From Candidatus Bipolaricaulota bacterium (GTDB taxonomy: Bacteria > Bipolaricaulota > Bipolaricaulia > UBA7950 > UBA9294), in the NCBI GenBank assembly GCA_040752575.1, contig JBFMGK010000033.1, forward strand, positions 1 through 15,240: a stretch of DNA of 15,240 nucleotides, read 5' to 3'. Positions 7,343 to 15,240 of the stretch are shown in pieces (position 1 is the stretch's first letter; each line of letters starts with the position of its first letter). The notes under the pieces were generated by a model. It ran no database searches, was not told where the DNA came from, and saw only the letters and a program-made list of their open reading frames with translations. The translations under genes and the position numbers were made by a program.

Positions 7343-10300
7343 CTACGGACAGCCGCCGCGCACGGTCTCGACCACGTAGAGCGCACCTTCCTGTGTTCCC
7401 ACGTACGCCAGTTCGGCGAACTGCGTGACGCCATCCGATTCGATCAACAGCGCATCCCATGCGACCGCCGAAGCAATCGACGCCCGAGCCGTCGCGAGCG
7501 ACTCGTCGACGAGCGTGACCTCGCCGCGGTCGCTGAGCACGGTCATGATTCCGCTTGCATCCCCAAACGAGACCCTTCCTCGACGACGATCGACCGACAG
7601 CGCGCCGCGCACGCAGCCGATCGGCGAAGCGGTTCCGGGATAGATCCAAAGAGGCTGCCCGGCCAGCGAGAACGCCGTCACGCGTCCTCCTCCGGGTTCG
7701 CACGTCGCCGCGTACACCGGGTCGGCGGCCGTCTCTGCGTACACTGCCAGGGCGGTCACCGCGGCGCCGCTCGGTGACGCCTCGGCGCTCCACGAACGCA
7801 GCATCGCCGTGCCCATCGACCCGTAGGACGCGCAGGGCGAGAACGCCAAGACGCGCCCGGCGGAGGTCCCCACGTAGATGCCCGACGGTCCGAGCGCGAG
7901 CGACGTGGCCTGAGCGCCGAAACCGCTCGCCGTGCAGACGATCGAGCGGCTCGATGCCGAGACGGCATAGAGGCTCGATGCCGTAACGGCATAGACCACC
8001 GTGCCCGACGTGTCCAGAGCCAGGTCGATCACGCGTCCGTCCAGGGCAACGGTCCCCGCCAGCTCGCCCGTGCGCCGGACGATCGAGATGCCTGCCTCGG
8101 TGCCGACGAAGGCTGTGCCTGCGGCATCCAGCGCGAGGGCCGTCGCCGTCTGGCCGACCTCGACCGCCGTGCCGACGCGCGTTCCGGTCGAAATCGCGAT
8201 CCGGTGAAGCGTACCCGTCGACAGGACGGCAACGGCCGTCCGCGTCGCACCGCTGCGATCCAGGGCGAGGTCGGCCACGGCCGCACCCGCCTCGACGGTG
8301 ACGTCAAACAACGGCAACGGCGGACTGCCGCGGGTGAACGCGTGAAGGGTCCCGTCGTCCGCTGCAGCGACCACGACGCCCGTCGTCGAGTCGATCACGA
8401 CGTGGCGCACGGCCGCCCCATACGGGCCGCCGATGCGCGTCGCGACGGCCGCGGCGCGCTCCACGACGGTCACGGTCGTGCTTGCCGTGTTGTTGGCCTC
8501 GTCCTCTTCCGTCACGCGATTCATCGCGTCGGCCGTCGCCGTGAGCGCGAGCGTGGCCGCTGCCGATGTGTCAAGGTCGATCCGGATGGCCGTCGAGGTC
8601 TGCGCGTCGAGTCCGGCGACATCTTGGGATCCGATCAGCGCCGTCCCGCTACGCACCTCGACGCGGAACGAACCCGCGGCGAGGGCGCCGCCGTTCGCCA
8701 CGACGATCTCGGCGGCTGCCGGGCACCCGGCGGTCAGCTTCCCGTCCCGTGCCGCGGGCACGGAAAGCGACACGGTCAGGTCGGCGGTGTGCGACGCCCC
8801 GGTGCCGCAGTCGATGCGGAACGCGGCTGAGCCGACGTTGTCGGTCTCGGAGGCTTCCACGACGGCGTCCGTGGCGTCCACGACCACGTGGAACGCGTGG
8901 TCGCCGCAGGTCCAAGCGATCGATCCGAGGGGGACTTCTTGCCGCAGGGTCAGCGACTCGGCGGGTCCGAGTCCGGCGGCCGTCGGGCGCGCGAGCGAGA
9001 CGGTCGCGCCGTCGGCGCGCACCCAGCGGATGTCGACTTCGAACGCCTCCGTAGGTTGCGCGCCGCGGTTCGAGAGGGTCGCCAGGACTACGACGCTGGC
9101 CCGCCCCGGAGGAGCGGACGCCGGCTCGACCGTGACTGCGTCGAGCACGAGGTTCGCCTGCGGCGAGAGCGCGCCCGGCACCGGACGACCGATGGTGAAC
9201 GACGTCACGACCTCGTTGTTGGTTTCGTCGAGTTCGCGAATCGCCCCCGAAGACGATGCGGCCGTGGGTGGGTCGACCCAGACGTGCAGGGTGTACTGCC
9301 CCTCGGGCCACTCCGCCGTCCACACGGCGACCTCGACGACGCGCGCGGCGCCGCGCGCCAGGGCGGGCGTCTCATTGCACGAGCAGGCCTGAAGCTCGCC
9401 CGCCGCGGAGCAGTCGCGAACGCCGGACGACCAGACCGTGCCGTCCTCGCGGAGCACGGCGAACGTGACCGGGAAGACCTCGGCGTCCTTCGTGCCGCCG
9501 TTGCGCACCGTAGCGCGTAGCGTGAGCAAGCTTCCCGAGGGGACCGGCGAGGCCGGCGACAGCGAGACGCCGCTTACCAGGAGCTCGGCCAGTCGCTCAA
9601 GCGGCGGGAGGATCGTGAGACTCGAACGAATCTCGTTATTGGTCTCGTCGAGTTCCGCGACGCGCTGATCGGGATCGGCGACGACGCGAAGCGAGTAGAC
9701 GCCCGGCGCGAGATCGGCCGTATCGAGCGTGCCTTGGACTCTCGCGCGATCCTCTTCTTCGAGTCCCGGGTCGGCCGTCGATGTGGCGCGGTACGTGAAC
9801 GTGTCGAAGCGCCGATCCCCCAGGTAGAACCCCACCGTGAAGTTCGCGAGCGTTCGTTCACCCGTGTTCTCGACGACCGACGCGATCGTCACCGTGTCTC
9901 CCTGACGGACGGTCGTAGCCGGGATCTCCAGCGAGATCGGGTGGATCTCCGTTCCCTGCACCGAGAACCCCACAACGATCTCGTTGTTGTTCTCGTCCTG
10001 CTCGACGATCCCTTCCGCCTCGTCGACGACGACCCGCAGCTCGTAGCTCCCCGGCTCGAGGTTGAGTTGGCTCGGGCCGGCGTCGAGCGTCGCCTCGACG
10101 ACGTCGGTGTCGGACTCCTCGTCAATTCCCAGCCGGACGATCGTCCGCGCGACCAGGAGGTTCCAGGCGGGCGATCCGGTCCGCCGGTAGTAGAACGAGA
10201 CGCCGACCCCGGCGCTGCCCGACGCGGGAGCCACGCTTCCGCCGCGATTGGTCACTTCGACCTCGACGTCCACGTCGTCGTCCCAGTTGAGCGGCATGGC

Positions 10301-11401
10301 GCGGTCGAACGTGACCCGGATCGGAGCGAGGTCCGGCAGTTCGAGCGACGACGGGCGGACGGTCAACGCAGTGAGCACGACGTTGTTCGTCGAGTCCTCG
10401 TCATCGACTCCGTAGGCGTCGGCAATCCGAATCCGGATGCCGTAGGTCGTGACGCACTTTTCCACGCGCGCGGCCTCCGCGGCTGACAGGACGGCCATCG
10501 ACGAGGACCCGATTGCGCCGTCGACCGTCCCCGACGTGGTGAGCAAGATGCGCAGCGGTTGTCCGGTGGCGAGGGTCCCCGTCACGTCGGCATCGCGATC
10601 GCGCTCGAGGCCGGCGACGAGCGCCGAGGAGAAAGGAATCCACGCTCCCTCGGCGAGCGATGCGACGATGCCTGCGAGCCCGGCGTAACTTGGCGCGAGC
10701 AGGCCATCAGGATCCGCCGTGAACGACCACGTCGAAAGGCCCCGCGCATTGCCGCTCCCCGGGGCGATGCTCCACGTTTCGCCCGTGGCAGGATCGACGC
10801 AGTAGATGGGGAACAGAGAGAACTCGACGTAGAAAGGACCGGCCGACGCGCGGCCCGTGTTCTCGATCAACGCTTCGAGTGTTCCGGTCGCGCCCCACCA
10901 GAGCGGAGGCGCCGGCACGACGTCCGCCCTCACGATGCGAAGCTCGGGGAGGGGAGGAAGGAGTTCAAGGGCTACCGCCAGGCGGTTGTTCGTCTCGTCC
11001 GACTCCGCGACGACGCGATTCGGATCGACGACGACCACGACCTCGTACGAGCCGGGCGCCAGGCCGTCGGTCGGCAAGGTTGCCGTGAAGGCGGCCGTCG
11101 CCTCGACCTCGCCCGCCGGGAAGACACCGAGGCTCGTCCCGCAGGGCTCCTCGCGGTCGCGCCTTCGCCACGTGATCTCGATGCGCGCGTCGACGACAAG
11201 AGGCGGGCCCACGCGCTCAACCGTGACCTCGGCGCGCGCTTCCTCGCCGCTCGCCACCGTCGAACTGGGCATGAGGACGACTTGGGAGACCCGCAGGTCC
11301 GGAAGCGCCTCCTGCGCCGCCGCGACGACGCCGACGATCGCTACGCCCACGAAGAGCAAAGATCCCCATCGCGCCGCCAGGCAGCCACGGATCCACGCCA
11401 T
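7343..11401 (-). CDS. Secreted protein with seven CARDB-like domains and a C-terminal beta-propeller-like region (1352 aa)
   Basis: Signal peptide ends AAA-QE. Repeats end in DETNN, DSTNN, DENNN, DETNN, DETNN, SETDN and DEANN. The last ~350 aa are ~40-aa blade-like units (AADDGTLHAF, LALDAAGTAFVGT, IYVGTSAGRVLAF, AYVGTQEGALYVV). Confidence 0.85.
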   Translation of the reverse strand: MAWIRGCLAARWGSLLFVGVAIVGVVAAAQEALPDLRVSQVVLMPSSTVASGEEARAEVTVERVGPPLVVDARIEITWRRRDREEPCGTSLGVFPAGEVEATAAFTATLPTDGLAPGSYEVVVVVDPNRVVAESDETNNRLAVALELLPPLPELRIVRADVVPAPPLWWGATGTLEALIENTGRASAGPFYVEFSLFPIYCVDPATGETWSIAPGSGNARGLSTWSFTADPDGLLAPSYAGLAGIVASLAEGAWIPFSSALVAGLERDRDADVTGTLATGQPLRILLTTSGTVDGAIGSSSMAVLSAAEAARVEKCVTTYGIRIRIADAYGVDDEDSTNNVVLTALTVRPSSLELPDLAPIRVTFDRAMPLNWDDDVDVEVEVTNRGGSVAPASGSAGVGVSFYYRRTGSPAWNLLVARTIVRLGIDEESDTDVVEATLDAGPSQLNLEPGSYELRVVVDEAEGIVEQDENNNEIVVGFSVQGTEIHPISLEIPATTVRQGDTVTIASVVENTGERTLANFTVGFYLGDRRFDTFTYRATSTADPGLEEEDRARVQGTLDTADLAPGVYSLRVVADPDQRVAELDETNNEIRSSLTILPPLERLAELLVSGVSLSPASPVPSGSLLTLRATVRNGGTKDAEVFPVTFAVLREDGTVWSSGVRDCSAAGELQACSCNETPALARGAARVVEVAVWTAEWPEGQYTLHVWVDPPTAASSSGAIRELDETNNEVVTSFTIGRPVPGALSPQANLVLDAVTVEPASAPPGRASVVVLATLSNRGAQPTEAFEVDIRWVRADGATVSLARPTAAGLGPAESLTLRQEVPLGSIAWTCGDHAFHVVVDATDAVVEASETDNVGSAAFRIDCGTGASHTADLTVSLSVPAARDGKLTAGCPAAAEIVVANGGALAAGSFRVEVRSGTALIGSQDVAGLDAQTSTAIRIDLDTSAAATLALTATADAMNRVTEEDEANNTASTTVTVVERAAAVATRIGGPYGAAVRHVVIDSTTGVVVAAADDGTLHAFTRGSPPLPLFDVTVEAGAAVADLALDRSGATRTAVAVLSTGTLHRIAISTGTRVGTAVEVGQTATALALDAAGTAFVGTEAGISIVRRTGELAGTVALDGRVIDLALDTSGTVVYAVTASSLYAVSASSRSIVCTASGFGAQATSLALGPSGIYVGTSAGRVLAFSPCASYGSMGTAMLRSWSAEASPSGAAVTALAVYAETAADPVYAATCEPGGGRVTAFSLAGQPLWIYPGTASPIGCVRGALSVDRRRGRVSFGDASGIMTVLSDRGEVTLVDESLATARASIASAVAWDALLIESDGVTQFAELAYVGTQEGALYVVETVRGGCP

Positions 11402-11449
11402 CCCCGCTCCCTTCGCCCCTCTCTTACGCCCCTCCTGGGGTTCCCGCCC

Positions 11450-13636
11450 CTACTCGAACTGGCTCAGGTCGAACGCGTACAGCAGACCGTCCGACGACGC
11501 GACGAGGAGGGTGTACGTTTCCCCGTCGACCACCGGACGCAACAAGGCCGACGGCGGAGACCCGCCTTCGGTCGGCTTGAACAAGAACGGCACCGACGTG
11601 CCCCACACGGTGACCTTCTCGTACGCCTCGAGATCCGCGTCCCAGGCCTGCAGGACCGGCCGCGTCGTACGGCCGTCGCGCATCAGACCCGAAACGAACA
11701 TCACGGCCGCGTCGTCGCCGTCGGCGTTGAGCAGGAGCGCGGGGGCCGCCGCGATCGCCGAGGGTTCAAGTTGGCGGACGGAGACCGTGCTGTCGCGGAA
11801 CCCGCGTCCGTGGTCGTATTCGACGCGCGCCATCTCGCCGATGTCGCTCGTGATGAACAGGATCGCGTCATCTTCGCCTTCGCCGCTCGCGACGGCGAGG
11901 CCGACAGTCGTCCGAAGGGGATCGAGGTCGGCAAGCTGCGTGCACGCCGAGGTGCCGATCGACGTGCCGACCGCGTAGATGAACCCCGATTGGGTGCCAA
12001 AGAACAGGGCCGTCCTCGCCCCGTTGGCGACGAGATCCGTCGTCACGCGATCCTGAAGGTCGATCGAGCACTCGCTCCCGCTGGGAAGGATCCCGCGCAC
12101 GACCTCGTCCGTCGCGATCCACAGCGCGCCCGTCGCGTCGACGTACGTCGGCGCCGCCGTGACCTCTCCGTGCTGGCTGATCTTGCGAAGGGTCTTTCCG
12201 TCCGCGACGTCGATCACGAAGGCGCCCGCCTCGGATCCGGCGATGAGCTTCGTCTTGTCGTCGGACAGCGTGAGATACGTCGCGCCGTCCACGACGTCGG
12301 TCGCCGCACTCTGCCAGAGCGAAATGAGGAAGTCGCCCTCGTCGCGGTCCATGCCTTCGAAGGCGTAGATCTTGCCGTCAGTCGCACCGACATACACGTG
12401 GTACGACAGCGTCTCGGGATCGTACGTCGCCACGGGGTGCGTCAGCGTCTTCCCGGACGGCGCCGGCCAGCTTCCCTTCTCTTCGCCGGTGGTCACCTTC
12501 AGCACGTGGAGGACGTCGCCGGTTGCGCCGCGCGCCACGTGGAACACCACGCCCCCCGCGACCGCGGGCTCTACGGCGACCGATGAGGTCTCCGTGCACG
12601 TACCCTCACAGCAACCCTCTCGGGGCGGGAAGGTCCACAAATCGACGGTCGAGTAGTACGACGAGAGCTGGAACGCGTCGGGGAGGAAGATGTCCCGCGC
12701 CGTCCCCGCTCCTCCCGTCGGCTGCACGGTCAGGCGTAGCTGGACCTCGTTCGCCCGGCCCAGGACGTCGCCGGCTTCCGCTACGTCGCTGCGCGGCGCG
12801 AACAGGCGGCTCAGGACGTCGTAGTTCAGGGTGATGATGATGAATCCGGAGTCGCCGGGGGCGCCGAGCGAGGCAATCTTCGTGAGCTGTACTGGGTTCC
12901 CCGTCGCGTCGGTTACGAGCGGGGCGAACTCGTTCGCCGGGGGATTCAACCCCTGCCGGTAGTACCCCCAGACGGCGAGATCGCTGCCGGAAAGCCTTTC
13001 CGTTCCGACGTTGTAGACGTCGACCGTCAAGCTCGTCTGAAGGCGCCCCATGCGGCAGACCGGGAAGGCGTCGCGAACCTGAAGTTCGGAGATGTGCTTG
13101 CCCTCGCGCAGCAGCGTCAGCGTGTAGCGATCGAACCGCTCCGCGGCCGTGCCGGCGCAGAGGCCGAGCGGCGCCGCGTTGTCGCACGCATTCGTGTCTC
13201 CCAGTTCGTCGCGGGGATCGGCCTCGGCGGAGAACGCGTAGATTCCCGGGGAGAAGGTCGACGTGTCGAACACGATGACCGGCCGCTTCTCCTCGCCGGC
13301 TTCAAGGCCGGAGACGACTTGCGTACCGAGCTTTCCGTGCTCGCCCGAGATCACCTCGGTGAAGAAGAAGTCGACGTCGAACTGGCCGACGGCTGCGCTG
13401 CCTTCGTTCTGGACGCGCGCGCTTACGCGGACGCTGTCCCCGACGACGGCCTTGTCCAGGCCGAGCGCCGCGCGGTCGACTGTGGTTGAGCTCTCGACGA
13501 CGCTGATTTGGATCGCTTCAATGGAGACATCCGCGCCGATCGTCACGAAGGTCCCCACGAACGCCACGGCGACGGCCGCGGCGACCGCCGCGGACGCGCG
13601 CCGTGCTCGAGTCTTTCTGCACCCCGCCCCCAGCAT
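11450..13636 (-). CDS. Secreted protein with a CARDB domain, a second degenerate Ig/CARDB-like domain and a PQQ/BamB-like beta-propeller (728 aa)
   Basis: AAGGAGG precedes ATG 13636, followed by a basic + hydrophobic signal peptide. The CARDB has VQNEG..FDVDF..PGIYAFSAEADP..DTNACDN. Propeller blades include VYVGATDGKIYAF, LFFGTQSGFIYAV and LLVASSDGLLYAFD. Confidence 0.82.
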   Translation of the reverse strand: MLGAGCRKTRARRASAAVAAAVAVAFVGTFVTIGADVSIEAIQISVVESSTTVDRAALGLDKAVVGDSVRVSARVQNEGSAAVGQFDVDFFFTEVISGEHGKLGTQVVSGLEAGEEKRPVIVFDTSTFSPGIYAFSAEADPRDELGDTNACDNAAPLGLCAGTAAERFDRYTLTLLREGKHISELQVRDAFPVCRMGRLQTSLTVDVYNVGTERLSGSDLAVWGYYRQGLNPPANEFAPLVTDATGNPVQLTKIASLGAPGDSGFIIITLNYDVLSRLFAPRSDVAEAGDVLGRANEVQLRLTVQPTGGAGTARDIFLPDAFQLSSYYSTVDLWTFPPREGCCEGTCTETSSVAVEPAVAGGVVFHVARGATGDVLHVLKVTTGEEKGSWPAPSGKTLTHPVATYDPETLSYHVYVGATDGKIYAFEGMDRDEGDFLISLWQSAATDVVDGATYLTLSDDKTKLIAGSEAGAFVIDVADGKTLRKISQHGEVTAAPTYVDATGALWIATDEVVRGILPSGSECSIDLQDRVTTDLVANGARTALFFGTQSGFIYAVGTSIGTSACTQLADLDPLRTTVGLAVASGEGEDDAILFITSDIGEMARVEYDHGRGFRDSTVSVRQLEPSAIAAAPALLLNADGDDAAVMFVSGLMRDGRTTRPVLQAWDADLEAYEKVTVWGTSVPFLFKPTEGGSPPSALLRPVVDGETYTLLVASSDGLLYAFDLSQFE

Positions 13637-13703
13637 GCGCCCTCCTTAGCCTCTCGGCCGCCCCGCGGCGGCCTTTCCCGTCGCCTCCGCTCGTCCGCGG
13701 CGC

Positions 13704-14537
13704 CTAGATCGCGAGCTGCAGGAAAACGCCCACCTCCGTGCCGAAGACGCCGATCCCTTCAGGAATCACGGCCAGTCCGGCCCGAATCGCGTCGGACTTC
13801 ACGGCGCCGACGGGCTCCGCGCGGTGGAAGTCCAGGGCGACGAGCCGGTACGTCGAGGCCGGGAGCGTGAGTTCGCGCCCCAGCAGGTACTCGCGCGGGT
13901 TGCGGATGAAGTTGATCCGCTCAGGGGCGTCCGGCGGCAGCCGATCGAGTTCCTTCATTGCGTCGCGCAGTCGCTCCATCGCCTCGGCCGACAGCCGGGC
14001 GAGCAGGGCGAGCATGTCCGCGATCTGCAGTTCGGGCGCCCCATCGCTCGCGCGCATGGTGCCGCTCTCCTCCCCGCGCAGCGGTTCGTAGGCCTCCTGA
14101 ACGAGGATGCCCACGTTTCGGTAGAAGATGCCCAAGCCCTTGGGCTCGAAAACCAGCCCATCGAGGGGCTCCGCGACGCCGAACCACGGTTCATCGGGGT
14201 CTTCCGGAGCGATCGAGAAGTCGATGGCCGTGATCTGGAAAGCGCTCGGCGCGAGGTCGATCGCCTGGCTCACGGTCTGGGCGGCGAGGAAGCCGCGCGG
14301 CCCCTCGAGCAGCGCCTGCCGAAGCTCGGGCGCGGTCTCGAGTGCGCGAGTCACCATCACGAGTGCCGGGAGATCGTTCTCCGGAAGCAGCGTCAGCGTC
14401 CGGAGGATGCGCTCGACGACCGGCTCTTCCTGTGCCGTTCCGAGCGCCGGTGCAAGGGTGAAAACAAGGGCCAGAGCGCCAACGAGAAGAACACAGCTCC
14501 GGGGCCGCAGGCGGCCACGTGCCGACCGGTCTGTCAT
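13704..14537 (-). CDS. Secreted hypothetical protein built from two homologous ~105-aa domains (277 aa)
   Basis: AAGGAGGT (14552-14545) lies 7 nt before ATG 14537; ATG 14543 is too close to the SD. The signal peptide ends GTA-QE. The internal duplication is visible by eye. Confidence 0.8.
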   Translation of the reverse strand: MTDRSARGRLRPRSCVLLVGALALVFTLAPALGTAQEEPVVERILRTLTLLPENDLPALVMVTRALETAPELRQALLEGPRGFLAAQTVSQAIDLAPSAFQITAIDFSIAPEDPDEPWFGVAEPLDGLVFEPKGLGIFYRNVGILVQEAYEPLRGEESGTMRASDGAPELQIADMLALLARLSAEAMERLRDAMKELDRLPPDAPERINFIRNPREYLLGRELTLPASTYRLVALDFHRAEPVGAVKSDAIRAGLAVIPEGIGVFGTEVGVFLQLAI

Positions 14538-14558
14538 GGGCATTACCTCCTTCAGGTC

Positions 14559-14587
14559 ACTATAGCTTCGACGAGGACGAATGTGAA
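14559..14587 (-). promoter_or_regulatory. Sigma70-type promoter of the four-gene secreted-protein operon
   Basis: -35 TTCACA (14587-14582), 17-bp spacer, -10 TATAGT (14564-14559); each matches consensus at 5/6. The predicted start site is near 14552, immediately at the SD. Confidence 0.7.
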
Positions 14588-14689
14588 ACGGGCTTCGCGC
14601 GGTGTTGCGACGCATGTCGACCTCCTTTCGCCTCGATCGGACGGTGGGGTGCGAGGCTCGACGTATCTACCCCCGTCCCGGGTGCAAGT

Positions 14690-14722
14690 TCTCCCACGGC
14701 GCGGACAGGTCTCCCACGGCGC
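14690..14722. repeat. 13-bp direct repeat with 20-bp period
   Basis: TCTCCCACGGCGC at 14690-14702 and 14710-14722. Confidence 0.7.
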
Positions 14723-14765
14723 ATCGGCCCGCGTGTCCGCATCGTTTCGGGGTCCAGAGAAGCCC

Positions 14766-15240
14766 TTGTAGCGTCGCAGCGCCAGTCCAACAGCGGCCAC
14801 GCTAACACCCCGCGGTTGGGCCAGGCTGCGACGTTCGTGTCGGGATCGTGGGTCTTGGACATCGAATCGCGCCGTTTGGGGGCCGTCGCAGACAAGCTGC
14901 GACGCTACAGGGGTTCTTGGATCCTCGGGCAGTCCGTGCCGCTGTAGCGTCCTATGCGCTCGGTCCTCGCGCGAGAGCGCACCACCTTCCTTCTGGGTGC
15001 GACGTCGCGAGCCGGGAGTCGAGATGCGTGAGCCGCTGTAGCGTCGCAGCTTGTCTGCGACGTTCGTGTCGGGATGCGTGATCCGAGGGCGGTTGTAGCG
15101 TCGCAGCGCCAGCCCAACAGCGGCCACGCTAACACCCCGCGGTTGGGCCAGTCTGCGACGCTCGTGTCGGGTTCGTGGGGCGGGCATGCGGGGCTTGGGT
15201 ATCTCGTCGCGCCATCTGGGGCCGTCGCAGACAACCTGCG
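14766..15240. repeat. Cluster of GTAG-family REP-like palindromes (REPIN/BIME-like); continues past the window end
   Basis: The unit GTAG-CGTCGCAG-CTTGT-CTGCGACG occurs at 15038-15062 (+), 14884-14908 (-) and 15223-15240 (-, truncated). Long-loop variants lie at 14768-14833 and 15095-15160 (+), and a remnant CTGTAGCGTC at 14942-14951. Segments 14766-14852 and 15093-15179 differ at 4 of 87 nt. Confidence 0.85.

Noticed and set aside
4168..7428. 1086-aa plus-strand ORF, and similar long ORFs at 10559-12586, 2944-3804 and 13824-14771
   Set aside because: These are antisense shadows of well-supported minus-strand genes, expected at high GC. They are Arg/His/Gly-rich with no motifs.
4105..11401. 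Isopeptide-bonded DUF11-type domains (the ADL...NxG...NN pattern is similar)
   Set aside because: The Lys expected a few residues after (A/P)DL is absent in nearly all repeats (e.g. ADLTVSLS, PDLRVSQV). The VD..ExDExNN ending fits CARDB better.
14661..14691. ECF-type promoter (GAACTT on -) or sigma70 -35 TTGCAC
   Set aside because: No convincing -10 at the proper spacing, and a better promoter exists at 14559-14587.
14552..15234. ORFs 14552-15187 (-), 14519-14947 (+) and 14905-15234 (-)
   Set aside because: These are translations of the REP repeats with no RBS or protein motifs, and two of them overlap the operon promoter.
14766..15240. CRISPR array
   Set aside because: The repeats occur in both orientations at irregular spacing, the spacers are related to each other, and no cas genes are present. 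The GTAG + palindrome form fits REP.

Overview
GC-rich bacterial window with three parts. (1) A potassium-homeostasis block: the 3' end of a KdpD-like histidine kinase and a KdpE-like response regulator on +, converging on a TrkH-family K+ channel on -. No kdpFABC or trkA lies in the window. The 190-bp region upstream of trkH carries helically phased OmpR/PhoB-type half-sites, a -10 box, a candidate leaderless 30-codon uORF overlapping the trkH start (ATGA), and a hairpin that would hide the trkH ribosome-binding site. (2) A YkuE/YaeI-type metallophosphoesterase. (3) A ~10.4-kb, four-gene minus-strand operon of signal-peptide proteins: an internally duplicated protein of unknown family, two CARDB + beta-propeller proteins and an 8xCARDB protein. 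It has a near-consensus sigma70 promoter and a terminal hairpin. The last ~480 bp hold a cluster of GTAG-type REP palindromes, two with an extra hairpin inserted in the loop. The best candidates for undescribed biology are the KdpDE/uORF-controlled trkH leader and the anchor-less CARDB/propeller surface operon. All calls are by eye; no searches were run.
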